From assembly GCA_003971905.1 (NCBI GenBank), contig RSEE01000143.1, positions 62,001-126,000 on the forward strand: a DNA stretch of 64,000 nucleotides, given 5' to 3'. The position numbers were made by a program, and so were the translations under genes. This document shows, in pieces, positions 36,065 to 50,600 of the stretch (its first letter is position 1; each line of letters starts with the position of its first letter). Below the pieces are notes generated by a model. That model had not been told where the DNA came from, did no database searches, and saw nothing but the letters and a program-made list of their open reading frames with translations. Source of the DNA: Moniliella sp. 'wahieum' (taxonomy: Eukaryota).

Positions 36065-36655
36065 AACAATTATGGTTGCAGCTGTCGGTGCCGACCCCAG
36101 TGTCTACACGTCTGAAGGTTGATTAGGTTGATTGTGGCCCTTTCGACGCTGTTTCAGCTTTGTTTTTCCTTCGCCCAGTTCCCGACGATCCGGATCTGGT
36201 CCGCTCTTCCTGTCTCCTCCCCGCCGTCCTCTCTTTCTCTCTTCCGCTTTCCCTCTCGCCCGATCCTGACCACCAGCGTCAGCCATGTACCCCACAAATC
36301 CCACCCCGCAAACCAGCTTACCCGGATCTCTCAGAGTGATACAACTGCGAAGAGCATCGCGCCAGGCGCTAGAGACAGAAGCTAGAGACAGAAGCTAGAG
36401 ACTCAAGCCGAGTGAGTCGGATAGCCTCTCCGAGGGTGTGAGGTGGTTTCTGCTCATTCGGCGAGGAAGATGAGGTTGGTGAGGCAAGGTATGGATCAAT
36501 ACAGTTACAATTACACTTGGAATGGCAGGGTGATGCGGTCATACCGACCCGGTCTGGACAGAACGGGGAAGGAGGACGAGAGGGGTGGTTGGCACTTGAA
36601 GTGCGAAGGAATATTGTGCTGCAAGGGGCAAGGGCGGTAACCCGCTCCCTCTCAA

Positions 36656-37228
36656 TCAATACGCGCTGGAGTCATAGGTATAGCCTTGGTTGGTGGGGTA
36701 GTACTGGCGTTCAGGGTCTGTGTCCTGGGCTTGGGCATGTTCCATGTCCAAGTCCATGTCTGTGCCCGTGCCCGTTCCCTCATCGACCACGGCATCGGTA
36801 TCGGCGGTGACGACGCTCCATACACTGGCCTTGAAGAGGGTGAGCACCAGGCCCATTTTGCGCTCTAGGATACGCAGTTCCGAGAGTAGAGCGCTGTGGG
36901 TGTTGGTGGCGGATAAGCAGGTAGCGCGCGAGGCAATCTGGAGTGCAGCATGGGAGGTAATGCGTGGTGAGCGGTAGGCATCGTATAGGAGAGTAATGCA
37001 CTACGATCGATGAGACGGGGGAGAGACGATCGATGAGAGAAGAAAGAAACAAAAGAAATGGGAGCGTACGCTTTGGATCGTAGTGGCCAGGCGGGCATAT
37101 TCGCCCAGGAGCGTCTGTTGTTCTTCGGTCAAGCTGCGGTGGCCAGCATACGGATTGACGGAAGCAGCAGCAGGTGTGGCGGGACCAAGCGTGCCGAGCG
37201 CTGGGGCGCGCGCAATGGAGGATGCCAT
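36656..37228 (-). CDS. DAD3: DASH/Dam1 kinetochore complex subunit Dad3
   Basis: NPYAGHRSLTEEQQTLLGEYARLA, one intron, then LLSELRILERKMGLVLTLFKASVWSV. Confidence 0.88.
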
Positions 37229-38557
37229 GGCTGTACGGGTGGGGGGGGGGGGGGGGCTGCTACTGGTTGCGGAACGAGGCAGAGGTGTTGGTTGGGGGCG
37301 CATGGCGCGATGGCGGCGGCGGCAGAACACGTGACTGGATCGGATTGCGTTGGCGCAGCCGTGTGGACTGCGTTTGCAATTTCAACGTGAGCTCGAGGGG
37401 CAGCGCGGAACAACAAACAAAAACAGGGGGCCGAGACTGTGAAATTGGACAATTGTAAGACCTGCTTAGGGGCAGCTGGGGCGGTGACCTGGAGCCCGGT
37501 GATCGAGTGATCGATGATCGAGATGATCACTGACCAGTGGCGTGTGGCGGTGCTGCACCCTGTTCGAGGGAGCGATTCGATGGGATGGAGAGGCGTGCCG
37601 CGTGCGCGTTGGTATTGGATAGGCCAGGCTAGCGTAAGCCATCCGCTTGCGCTGCAGCACAACCGCGCTCCCATTTGCAAGGCACACCAATACCCAACCA
37701 AGGCAGAGCCAAGCGAGTGACTTGCGTCATCGATCGCCCATGCATCGTTAATCACTGTGCCCAATCACCAGGCGATCTGGCACGGGCCAATGCAAGGGCC
37801 AGCGTTGAACGTTAAACGTTAAGCAGCCTAGCCTGCCGCTCCGCCCCCATCCCAAGCTCATCACGAATCATCATAGCTGTCGGCAGGTGGGATGCTGGGC
37901 ATGGGATGATGAGCTGGTCGCGCCTGGTGACGCGTACGATCGACGGTGGACAGGTCAGCGAGGTTAGTGGTTACGGGTTAGCAGAACCAGTACGCAGGGC
38001 TCCGAGTGCTGCCCCCGAGCGAGCGTGCAGTTGGACGGATGTCCCAAGACTGCCGCGCGCTGGGATGGGTGCCGGGACGCGTCGCAGTGGAGGAGGCAGG
38101 GGGGCTGTGTGCGCAAGCGGGGCTGCGCAATGCAACGCAACGCAACGCAACGCAAAGCGACACACAGGCGAGCGCCTGCTGGCTATCCCACCTGTCTCGC
38201 CCGCCAGTGGCCGGGCCATCATGCATCATGCACCATGAGCATCATGCATCATGCCACGAAAATCCTGCAAGGGCAGCACAGCCATCATGCATCACCGATC
38301 AACACCACTGTGTATACGCAGTGGGGCTCTGGCGCCGCACTGGCTTAGCCTCCGCGGCCGCAGTCCATGGGTGATTGATGCCTGCTTTGTGCCGGAGCAC
38401 CCCCGTCGATCACCGCATCCTCCCCCTCATCCACCCCATTTGCGTTGGACGTTGGACGTGGGAGCTTGGAGGCCGCCGCTCCCGCTTTGCTCTTCCATCC
38501 GCGAGTCCGCGGGCTGCCTGCTTCTCCCCCGCCGCCTCGCTGTCCTTCTTCGCCGCC

Positions 38558-41500
38558 ATGGCTCCCCACCTCGAGGTCCGCGTGGGCCCCGACCGCTTCC
38601 ACTTGGAGCTGTGCCGGCTCAACGACACCCAGCGCCCGCACGACATTGAGACCGAACACTTTGTTGGCCGCGTGCTGGTGCGCATCTTGGATGCGCCTGG
38701 TGCGCGCGAGGGCGAACCGGGCCGCAAGTACTTTGATGGTCGCAGCCGCAAGTTTGCCATCCAGATCGAGGGCCGCTTCCGCCAGCCCTGGCGTGGGTCC
38801 GACATTATCTTTGGGTCGGATTTTGATCGCTGGATCGACTTTCCCGCGCGCCGTTTAATGCGGGCATGCGCGTGGCCCGCATGGTGGATCCTTCGACGTA
38901 CTACGAAGAGCACCCACCCAGTGGCCGGCCGTTCATCATGAGCCCTTACTGTGCCTGCATGAACACCATCTGTGCGTGGCCTGCGCCGGAACGTGCGCAT
39001 GACGCTGTTGTTGTTCTCCGCCATGCCGACACGCCCGTGCGCAGTCATACGCCCGCCAGCGGTGCAATCACCGCCGCGGGCGCCAAGGCCGCCTTGGCCG
39101 CCGGGGGATTGATCACGTTGGATGATCCCACCGACGTGGTTCCGCTCGAGACGCTGGATGAGACACCGGAGGCGCTGGCCAAACTCGAGGAAGAGAGGGC
39201 GGCGCTGAAGAAGAAGAGTATGTTTGGACGCATGCTCACTCGACTCCGAAAGAGGCGCGCAAGAGCGTCAAGTACTGGCGTTTCCTTGGGTTTAAGCAGG
39301 ACCCTCGTGTGCGCGCCTTTTTAGAAGCTCACAATGCCGCCGTGTCGGTGCAGCATGTACGTCATCGATCCCGCGACCCTGCTCGCGCTGCGACGGCCGC
39401 CATCCCCGAGCAAGAGGAGCCGCGCACTTCTTCCCCGCCCAGTCCACCGCTTCAGCACCGGATGCATCTACTCCGCTCACGCGGCCTATGAGTCCTGGCT
39501 GCCTTGCCGGCGAGCGGCAGCATGGCACGATTGCCCATGAAGCCGCGATCAATCCCAATCTGATTGGTGCTGGGTACTACCCTTCCCCACGCGGTCGACC
39601 GTACGGGGGGAGGCAGTACCCCGCCTCCGCCACCGACGTACAGTGCGGATCTGGTTCATCCCGATCTACTCCCGCGTGCGGTTACGCCGAGAGGAACGCT
39701 GGTCGCGCTGCGTCAGCGGCAAGGTGTGCCGCCGCAGCCCACTCTGGGTATCGGTGTGGCGGCGGAGGAGCAGAGTGACTCGGACTCGTCCGATGACGAT
39801 TTCCAGTCCATCCCCTCGTCTTCGGACGACGAGCAGACGCCCATGCCCATTCCGCCAGGCCGGCCGGGGCGGGGCAGGACGGCTCGTTGATCGCCTGGGG
39901 CGTGATTCCGGACGAGACCGAGTTGAGTACGGTCGTCGTACCGCGGCCGTCGGCCACAGCGGCGCCACGCCTGCCTTCCGATGAGGTCAAGGCTCCCTTG
40001 AACGAAGAGGCTACCCATTCTCTCCCTTCGCTGAAACGGTTGCTGCACCATACGGCTTCGGCGCCCCAGGTGGGCGGGCCGGAAGGCCAAGTGTCCACCG
40101 AGACGCTTGGTGAGCCGCACACGCACCATCACCATGCCCGTCTTCCCAAGCTCAACATCAAGCTGCCCCATCCTGGTCATTCTCATCACCATCACCATCA
40201 CCAGCACGACCACGACCACCAGCACCAGCACCAGCACCACAAGTCACAGTCTTCCTCGGCCAACGATCTTTCCGAGCCGGACAGTGAGGCCAAAGTGAAG
40301 AAATATCGTTCGCTTCGTCTCCCGCGCGTGGGAACGCCACTGGGTGCGCTGTCCCGTCTCAACCTTGGGGAGGAGAGTAAGCGCGCGACGGCGGACGAGG
40401 GGGCCACGCCCTCGTCGCCCATGCCGTATGACGACGATGCACCCGCCACACCTACTCACGCTCACGCTCACGCTCACCACCACAAATTTGGACTTTCCGG
40501 GCTGCGTTCTCTCAGTCGTGCGGGCAAGCGCGCCAGCACGCTGTTCCTTCCTCTGGTGGGGAAGCGGGGCACTCCGTGCGTCAAGCGATGCCGAGACCGA
40601 ATCGGTGGGCGAGGCAGGCTGGGCTGCCCGCTCGTTCCCGTCGACCGAGGCGGTGGGAGCTGCACCTTCCGCCCAAGCTGGAGGTGCCGGGACGACGTGT
40701 GGCCGAACCGACGTTGGTACGTCCCAAGCCGCACATGGGCACGCCAGTTCCACTGTCGTTTGGGGGCGATGAGTTGGACGATGAGGCGTCGGAGGTGGTG
40801 TTGCTGGATCGAGAGGAGCGTGCCAAGACGGGAGATTCGGCGATTGCCATGGGAACAGTTGGAGCGAATGCGTTGGCGCCTGCGTTGGCGCCTATGGTAC
40901 CGTCGGGGGCGGATACGACTCTGTCGCGTCCCGCGCATGCTGCAGTGGCTGAAGAATCGACGGCGGAACCCAAGCTGATCAGCAGGACCCAGCCGCCGGA
41001 TGAAGAGGAGGATACAATGTCCATCCTCGAGCCGGCGCCACAGGCGTTGGTGGAGGAGATGCAAGCGCAAACGGAAGGCGATGGATTGCGCCCGACGGAT
41101 TTCACCACGGCCGATACCTGGCCGTTGCAGCGCAGCACAGTCACAGTATCGCACGGGACGGCAAGACGCACGATCTGGATGTGTTAGAAGCTGCGGCAGC
41201 GTCGCTGGAGCGTGCGCCGAGCGGGACGACGACGAGTGGCAGCACGGGAGCGCCAGGGGGGGACGAGGCGTCCATGTCGCGTGGTACAAGCACGAGTCGG
41301 GCGACGACGGTGCCAGTGCCTGTGCCGGCACCGGTGGCGGCTGGTACGACGCCCTATGTATCGCGGTTGGAGGGGTGCTAGGTCCCTGGCGGTTTGCCCA
41401 GCCGGGCACGGATGTGATGGAAGACAATGCGTTTATCAATTTGTCCCAGTCGATGACCACGCCGCAACGCCGCAAGTATTTTGGCAATGCCAAGCATCGT

Positions 41501-41965
41501 GAGGACTTTGTTTTTGATCCGGGTACGTGACGTTCCTTACTTGAAGCTTACGCTTGGATTGTGCCCAAGCCAATTCACTCGTATTCTCCCTTCCCCCTCC
41601 CGGGGGGGGGCGGGGGGGGCGGGGGAGATGCAGGTACACGGTACTGACTAACTGCCTGATCCGTGCGTGTCGCATGATGTGCATGATACAGATGTGGTGT
41701 ACTGCACAACCTTTTTACCAACATGTTTGACATGAACACGTTTGACCTCCACATTGGTCCTGTGCGCGCTCAACATCCAGCGTTGGTTTACTGTACGTGT
41801 GCTTCTACCTCTTGCCTCTTACCTCTTGCTACTTGGTGTGGCTGGTGGGGACGGACGAAAGCTGACCGATCTGCGTAGGAAATGCCATTGCGCTACACAC
41901 TGCGGCACGCGACCAACGAAGACATTACCTTCGCTACCATTTCGTTCCAGATTGTGGATCGCTAA
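38558..41965 (+). CDS. DUF1769 family protein with a large low-complexity insertion; frameshifted
   Basis: LEVRVGP, IETEHFVGRVLVRI, YFDGRSRKFAIQIEGRF, DIIFGSDFD and PFIMSP. The C-terminal half has QRRKYF...REDFVFDP and, after two introns, PLRYTLR. Confidence 0.75.
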
Positions 41966-44900
41966 TAATCGGAACCGGCCCGGTACTCGGGAACCTCCCC
42001 ACGGGCAAGGACAGTACTCAAACTCAATACTCAGTACTCAATATCAACATTCAATCTGGAACGTCACATGTCACAAAACGAGTAGTTTAGTCACATGCAT
42101 GTCACAGTAGTCCTGCATCCTGCTTCGTCGGACGCCGGCCGATAACTCAACTAGAAATAGTCAAGTGCTGTGCCACTAGGCTACTACACACTATGTTCCG
42201 TTCCATATCAACCTACTTTGCCCCGCATTTTTCCCCGCAGCCAATTTCTACCCTGTTGGAGATTGTGCAAGGTGGTAGACGACCGGGTCTGAACTGGTTG
42301 ATAACTTCCAGCGTCTAGCTTGTATAGCTTCACTAGCTTTACTCATCAACGTGATCAACTGAACTACCCCGACATAACTTTCACACCATCCATTGACCAT
42401 CTCAACACCATCACACACCATGCACCATCTTCCATCGAACGCGCGTCACCGGTGTCACCGGTCACCAATCTCTTTCTTCCACTAGAAAGCAGAAAGCAAT
42501 CTTTTCTGTGGAAGACCAAACCGAGGTTGGGTAGTTGATTGTTTACGTTGATGGTGTATATGCATTGTACACAGATGGGCGCATCCGCTGTATGAGCTAC
42601 AGAGGCTAAAGTTACCGGTTACTAGAGAAGGAAAAGGGATATGAGAAGCGAAATGCTTAATGCGCCCCGAAGGGAATGGGGCTACCGATGCCACTACTAC
42701 CTCCCTAGTGTGGCAGCATGATCTTCTCCCTTGTCTTCACTTGTGACAGCTTCTATAGCCTCAGACCTTGTATCTAGGTCCCTGAACCTCCAGGGTCGGA
42801 TCCGGGCCCCAGGCCCGTCGTCAAGTCCTCACGTTCCTCCGAAGAAATTCGACAATCTCATCAATCTCGTTGTCTGGAAATAAAACCCAGACACCAGGTC
42901 AGAGGCAGTCTTCCTTGTTGTGTGACATGTAACATGTGGCATGGGGTGGGTATAGCTTGACTATAGTTACTAGTTACTATTGTACTCTAAGGCCAGAGAG
43001 AGGATGAACAAAAAGAAGTCGGACACGCACGTGACAGAGGCACTTTCTGCCGGTAATGGTAATGCAAATGCATAATGGCTTCCCCATAGAACCGACGTTC
43101 TCTGTGACCGTCGCTGGCACTACGATTACTTTTGCATTATGCTTTACTCCACGAATCCGTTCGTTGTCCATGCGTCAGAATGTGCCTTCCTGTTTGTGCT
43201 GTCCGAGTTGTGCTCCTGTTTTAGTCTTTGTAGCATGTAGAGATCAGAACACCGGGCGTTGAACGTGTTGAACTTTGATAAGTTGATTCTCCTCTGTAGA
43301 ACTCACAGTACTCACTGTGTTCTCAGTTCTCACAGTTGGAAGGTTATGTGCTGGCCACCCCACCATCCGGTCGCGCTGGGTGCGAGCAAGTGGTAGTGCT
43401 TAGTGCGAAGGAGGGCTGTGGAGGATCGAGGACCGAGGACCGATGACGATGAGATCTGAGATCGAGAAGAAGAAAGCCGTGTGAAAATACAGCGACATGC
43501 GACATCGGCTCGATGACCGATGACCGATGACCGATGATCGAGATGATCGTTACTCGTGTGCGTGGACTGGTATTCAATACTCGTTCATCCATCACATGCA
43601 TCACACGTCACACATCACACACCACACACCACACATCATGCATCTCATGCGGCGGTGCCGCGGCCGCGAAGGGTCAAGCTTGAAGTAAAAGGCAACAATT
43701 GCAAATACCCATGGCGGGTGTGTCCAACGCGCACCCATACTCGTACTCTGTACTCAGTCTGAGTACCTGAGTACTCACCCTCAACGGCCTCAACCCTCAA
43801 CGGTCAACGTGATCGTGCTCAACAGGGCTCAGGGTCAGCGCGCCAGCCTGAGCGGTTGAGGCTCACGTTCAACTGAACGTTCAACACGGGCTTCAGCGGG
43901 CTCAGCGTATTGTGGATGAGTCGATGAGAACTACTAGAGTGGTGCTACGCCGTACCCAGTGGGCCAGACCAACGGCCAAGTCGGACCAGGCCACACACCG
44001 CCGTAGGCAGCCGTAGGCGGCCGTGGGATCTAGGAGGCCGTAGAGGGTAGTAGGCCAGACACGCGGCGGGGATGGGTGTGGCCGTAAGAAATAAGGCATG
44101 TGTGGCGCGTGGGAGGGGGGCGAGAGGGTCTGCGATCAGTGATCAGTACTCAGTGCTTGAGTATATTCAGTTGCCTCAGTCTGTTCTGCTACTCGATCAA
44201 CTCTGGCACACACACGCTTTTGTTCTCTCTCTCTGCTCGGCCGCCGCCGCAACAGGCCGCGACTGGTCTCAGTCCCAAGCGCAGTCCTGAGTCGTCGCGG
44301 GTGATCGAGTGATGTGGCACCAGAGCATCAAAAGGTCACCTCTCGGCACCACCCGCAGTACCCAGCAGTAACCTAGTAATAGCAGCGGTAACCGGTAACC
44401 CAGCCCAGGCAATCGCACCCGCGACCGAGCCGTATTGGTCGAGATTGGCCAATGCGCAGCGGGAGCAGGCTGGGCGCTGGAACCTGCCGGAGCCTTTTGG
44501 AGCGCGATTCGAGCCTGTCAGAGAGGCCGTTTGATTCGTCGTCTGAGATCTGACGTAGGTTGTGCCCCCCTGCCCCCCCGACCTCGCGCCCCGGCGGCGC
44601 ACGGGTACCACACCATAGCCTTTTTGTCCGGGGCTGCCAAGCTCTTGTCTTGCCTCTCCACCGCACGCTCCCACAGGCCAATTGGCAATCCGCACACACA
44701 CTCGAGTCCACGTGACGGAAGAGGGGGGCGGGGAGGAAAAGGAACGAGAAACGAGCGCCAGAGGTCAAACGCGAAAAGCGCGAATCCCAAAAGTCCAGAA
44801 TCCCCAGAAGCCTCAGACCCATCAAAAGCTAGAACACCAGAAACCAGAGATACCAACCCCCCCCGTCTCTCAACGTCCCCGCCGAATCCCGCGCCCGTAC

Positions 44901-45004
44901 CGCGTGCGCCTTGCCGGACCTGCTTGTCTCTGGCCGCCCTCTTTTTTGCTTTGTCGCTGGAAGCGTGCCTTCTCCTACTCTAGGCCCACCAAGCAGGGGG
45001 CACC

Positions 45005-45568
45005 ATGCCCCTGCCCTCCGCACCACCCTACGACACACCTTCCTACTGGCAAGCGCGTCTCGCTTCGGACCTCGCTTTGGGTCGGCGCTTCGAATGGCTC
45101 GGGACAGGGGTGGAGACACTCTTGCCTCCGCTACGCGCGTACCTCGCTGCCATCCTGTCTGGGGACGAGGAGGACGCCCCCCCACCCTGTTGCCTCAACA
45201 TTGGCTGTGGTTCTTCGGCGTTGCACCTGCGCGTGGCGCAGGTATGGGAAGAGCACCGTCTCTCCCCCCCACCATCTGGGTACGCACCTATTCCTCCTCC
45301 TTTTTTGCTCGTGCTTGTGCATTTTGGCTTTGGCTTTGGCTTGCTTTCTCTCCCACGTCGGAACCCGAGGCTGACCCAGCCAGAACCTGGACTACGTAGA
45401 GGCGGCGCTACGTGCGGCCGAAGGGGTAGGCCACGGTGTACTGTGCGACCTGCTGGACTGGCGCAGCGTAGGACGTACCGATCTGGTAGGCAAGGTGGAC
45501 GTGGTACTGGACAAGTGCACCTCGGACTCACTCGCCACGGGGCCCGATGTACGTTTCGAAAAGACGAA

Positions 45569-45603
<35 letters not shown>

Positions 45604-46249
45604 TCGACGGCACAACGTCACGGATGACCCAAGTCGGTGCCCGTTGTTGCCATGTGGATGGAAGTTGCGCCCAAGTACAGAGACGGAGACGGAAACGTTC
45701 CAGGACACGATGCGGGAGCTGGAAGGGTGCGATACGGATGAAAGTGTTTCGACGGGCTCGCACAGTCCCAGTCCAGCGCTCATGGCTTCGAGCGGGTGCG
45801 ACAGGAGTGGCAGGGGTGGCCCAGCGGGCTCGGTGCTGTCCAAGGGAAACCGGAGCAGGGAGGAGAGTTCCCGCGGGTCCAGTCCGGGGCACGCTTCCGA
45901 CACTACCGACGCTGAGGAAGATGCCAATGCCGGCGCTGAGGCAAATTCCGAAGATGAGAGATGCCGATGCTGATACCAATGGCGATGCCGATGCTGATGC
46001 CGATGCCGATGCCGATGGTGAGCCGGCCTTCTGTTGCGAAAAGGAGTGTACCGTTTGGATCCGGTCACGCTGCTTGCTTTCCATCTTGCTGCGCTTGTGC
46101 GCCCCGGAGGTGTCTGGCTCCTGCTGAGTTTTTCCGAAGCGCGATGTACGTTTCTTGCGCAGGTGCAAACCTTTTGGAGGCTAGAGGAGCAACGAGCGTT
46201 TTCCCTGGATGCTTCTACGGTGTACCGATTTATCCTCCGGCGCATCTAG
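45005..46249 (+). CDS. Class I SAM-dependent methyltransferase (EEF1AKMT4/METTL13 N-domain-like)
   Basis: PPYDTPSYWQAR...FEWLG, LNIGCGSSAL, NLDY, DLLDW, DVVLDKCTSDSL and HLAALVRPGGVWLLLSFS. Acidic insertion in the middle; intron and frameshifts present. Confidence 0.75.
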
Positions 46250-47679
46250 TATGTTTTTATCGGCTTTTATGCCATGGGCTACGATAGCACACGTCTTTTT
46301 TCGTACACCAACACCCGACCACCACCACTGCCACTGTTGCTACTGCAAGACCGCATCGAGCTCCCAAGCAACCTTTGCACATTCTCTTATTCTTTCTCTT
46401 TCGTCCCATCCTTCTCGCGGCAGCACATCGAATAGATTCAAGTTTGTACTCAACAAAAACACTGATGGCGGGGCTCTCAATCAACTAAATCGAACTTGCA
46501 CTTCATCTTCATTTACTACTAGTATAGTTGCGTGGTGTCACCTTAACATTGAGACGTGCACATGACAGTGTGCGTTGAATAGGTTGAATCTCCACAGCCT
46601 ATATTACGATTCAATCGTACTATAGTCATACAAAGTGTTTGACCTTATTTGGCTCCCTAGGCAGGCGTTCGAGTATTTCTCTTCCCTCCAGGCTTGGAAG
46701 TTGGATTCGATCAGCGCCACACAAAGTGAGAGTGCCACATGATCTGCATGACCATCCGGTGGGAACCAGCGGCAGCCAGGAGTGCGCGACTAACGCGCTG
46801 GGGTGCACACACAGAAACCTGGCACTACAAATGGACTAGGATCATCTCGCCACTACATCTAGTCACTATCTCGCCACCAGTCAAAACCACACGGAACGTG
46901 GGGGGGGAAAGGGCAATATAGGGCACCAAGGGGGATGAGGAGCACAGTGAACTAGGCTAGTGATGGCGGGCAAGGACAGGGGGACGAGTGGACCGAGTTG
47001 GGGGGGGAGCGGGGGGGGGGGGGGGGGGTAAGGAGAAAAGTGAGGGGAAAAGCGAGGAGAAAAGTAAGGGGAAAAAGTGAGGAGAAAAAGTGAGGAGAAA
47101 AGCAAGGAGAGAAGCGAGAACGATATGGCGAGGAAAGGAATCCATATAGGTGTGTGTGTTGTAAGAGTGGTAGTGGACTATACGTGGCTGAGGGGATGGG
47201 GGATGTGTAGGAGGGCCCGATTTGGGGGCCCCGGGTAAAAAACAGGTGAAACAGGCGGGGAAGCGGGGGAGTGGGGAAGAGAAGCAGGTCTGGGGAAAGA
47301 GCGGCAGACGAGAAAACAGTAGGAATTGAAAGGTGAACTGAACTGGAACGGGGAAAGAGAATGAGAAGGAGGAGACGGAGAAGAAGAAGAAGAAGAAGAA
47401 GGAAGAGAAGGGAAACGAAAACGAAAACGAAAGCGAAAGAGGAAGGGGAAAAGGAGCATTTGGCAAAGACAGACAAAGACAAGAATTGGATAGTGGCCAG
47501 GTGTCACGCAAGATTATATGATGCAAGCAACAGACCCAGGAAGGAGGAGGGAGGAACCCCCCCCCCCTCCCATCCCAACCCAACCCATTCTTCCTGAACG
47601 GGGTGAGGATCGGTGGACCTCGTAAGGTTGCCGAGGAGTAACCGAACGGGACGCCGACATGCGGCTCAGGCAGTAGCGG

Positions 47680-50600
47680 GGCTCAGGGTCGCACCGTTGC
47701 AGCAAGGCCGTGTTAGCAGAACTTGTACGCCCACACGTTACCGCGCATGCGACGAATATCAAGCGAGAGAGACCGGGTAAATTTTGCAAGCGCGTAATCT
47801 CGACCGAGAAGCGAACTTCTTGACCATTGTCTACACTCGCTTGTCCGTACACGGGGCCGGGGGGCTTTTCTTGCCGAGCGAAGGCGAGGGCATCACACGT
47901 CCATTCGTCAAAGGCAGGCGTGAGGGCACGTTCCAAATCGGCCTGGGTGGGCGGGAAGACACTCGTGCGCAAATTGGTGCCCCATGCACCCAGTCCCCCG
48001 CGGCCACCGCGCCGAGCCGAAGACACTCCAACTTGAACTCTTCCTCGCGTCGCCAGACCAAAATCGATGCCCATACTGGCGAGCGCCGCGCGCACTCGCA
48101 TCAGCATTCCTGAGGTGGGAGGGAGGAGAGCGCACGCTGGTCCACCGCACCAACGTGTGGTACCGCAACATGGTATCGCTAAATGCTTAGGAACCGCCTT
48201 GGCGACCGGAACCGGGGCGGGACCACCTTGTGGACCGGGTGGTCGTCCGAGAAGTAAGTTCCGTGTCCCGGCTCGCTTCCGAATGAGTGCCACTGGTAGC
48301 CCGATCGAAGGTTGGACCGACGCCTGCCGCGTCTCCGGCGCACCCACCCACTTGTCGGAAGCAGGTTCACTTGCTTGCTCAGCGGGCAGCTCGGCGAGCG
48401 AGCGGCCACGGAACAGCCCATGGACCCGCCTGGCCGCATGGCTGGAATTTCGATCCCGTAGGGTCAGGCGTGTGCGGGGGCGAGCTGGAGACAGGAGTGG
48501 TGGCAGCGGCGGTGGGGGTAGGTTGAACCGACCGGGTGGTCGCCCGACGTTCTTTTTCTGCCTTGCGTGTGGGCAAGAGGAGAGCGTTTTCTCCGTCGCT
48601 GAGCGGCGGGAATTTCGGGCGGTGCCAGTCCTCCCCCACCCCAGTGGGCAGGGTCGAGGGGGCGCGGAGACAGGACCGAGAAAAGACAGAATCATACGGT
48701 GGGCCGCACCGATTCCTTTTATTGGAACGAGGCGAGCTGCTTGGTTTGGGGTTGTCCAGCTAGATGGCCGGCGCATCGGATGGTTGCTTGAGATCCAAGG
48801 AGCGGACGTTCCCGACGCGGTGCGGGGGGAGCTGGCAGGCTGGACTGTGGCCGGGCGGACACGCGGCGTGCCCTTGGGGGTTTCAGGTGCTACCACAACA
48901 GGGGTGGGGGCGGGGTGCATCCAGGTCTGCGCGCGCGGGTGTGTAGTGGGCACAGTGACATGTTCCGAAGCTGACTCACGGTGCGACGCGAAGCAGAAGC
49001 GGCCTCAGGTCCGGCAACGGGCGTCGCGGTGCCTTGGGAGTCAGATCGTGGCCGCCGGTGTGGGGCGATTGGGAATCGTCTGTCGAGACGAGGAGCGCGG
49101 AGACGAGTAGGTGAGAAGTGGACCGATTGGTCTGCCACCATCTCTGCGGGTTCGGCAGTGGCGTGTTGGACGCGGAGATGGGGCTGAAAATCGGCACGTG
49201 CGGCGGGGGGAGAGGCTGAGAGGGGGGCTCTGCTTTTCGGTATCAGCATCAGGTCCATGGCCTCTGGCTGGGCAAGAAGGGGCCGAGACTGTAGGCTTTT
49301 GTAAGGGCTCAGGCACGACCGTTTTTGGGGGGAAGGACGGCGGGAGGGAACGACGCGGATCCGAACGGGGTTGTTTACTGTACTCCACCTGGACCGTATG
49401 ACGGTTTGCGTGGGCAGCAGTCCCACTGTTCAGGTGCAAAGTCTGCTGGTGCACTGGGAGTAGGGACTTGAGGCCGAACAGTGTGCCGGTTGCTTGTGTC
49501 TGTCTCTTGGGTGTCCGTGACAGTTTCGCTGCGTGCAGGGATAGGATAGGATAGCTGGTCTGACCGATAGAGGAGGGGGGTTGCGGGAATTGGGCCTGCG
49601 CTTGAAGTTGTGTTGGAGGACCATCTGCTGGCGATAGAGTTGCCGTTTACGCGTCTGCTGTTCTGACGCAGCACGTTCAAGGTCTTCGACGCTGAACGAA
49701 AAGAGATCACGGTAGTCGGCGAGCCAAGGGTGGCTCATTACCTCATTCATGTCCGCGCGACGGCGTGGATCAGGGACGAGCATGCGACTGAGCAGATCGC
49801 AAGGCAAACGAGAGATGTACTCGGGGAAGGTGAGGGGGGTGGCAAGAATGTAGTGATAGAGTTGATTGATGTTATCCGAATCGGGGTTGGCAGGATCGTC
49901 GTCAAAGGGAAGGTAGCCGGCGAGCATCGCATAGAGAATTACGCCGCAAGACCAGATGTCAGCCGCTTCACCATTGTAAAGTCCATCTTGCACTACGAGC
50001 TCGGGAGCAGCAGCATAGCACGGAGAGCCACATGAAGTAGCCATCAAATCGTCGACCCGGTCACCAAAGTGTTGGCAAACCCAAAATCGGTGATGATGAC
50101 GTTGCGATTGCGGTCGAGGAGCAAGTTTTCGAGCTTAAGGTCGCGGTGCACGATGCGCTTTTGGTGGAGATAATGAACACCGCTGATAGCTGGGCAAACA
50201 TGCGACAGGCATCCTTCTCACGAAGGTACTTGGGGCGAGAATGTGGTCGAAGAGCTCACCCCCTTGAGGTATGTCAGCAAACGCTCGTCTCAACGGTTGT
50301 TGCCTACAGGGCGAAGGAATACATACCCGAGGCATACTCAAGCACAATGCCAATGTAACGGTCCGACTCGACGACCTCATAGAGGCGCACAATGTTGGGG
50401 TGTCGGACGGAGCGGAGCACCTGGATCTCACGATCAATCTTGGACGGCCGCTGGGAACTGTGCTCCGAGCTGAGCGAGCGGCTAGCAGCAATGCTAGGGA
50501 CACGGTCACGACGGATCAGTTTGACGGCCACTTCTTCTCCGAAACTCTTGTGAACACCGAGCTTGACTTTGCCAAATTCGCCTTCACCCAAGGTCTGGAG

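Noticed and set aside
42148..42976. Weak inverted similarity (TAGTCAAG / CTTGACTA) suggesting TIRs
   Set aside because: Short and gapped, with no TSD or transposase remnant.
46950..47480. Long purine-rich tract with hydrophobic or Arg-rich ORFs
   Set aside because: Low-complexity region downstream of the kinase gene; the ORFs are compositional artefacts.
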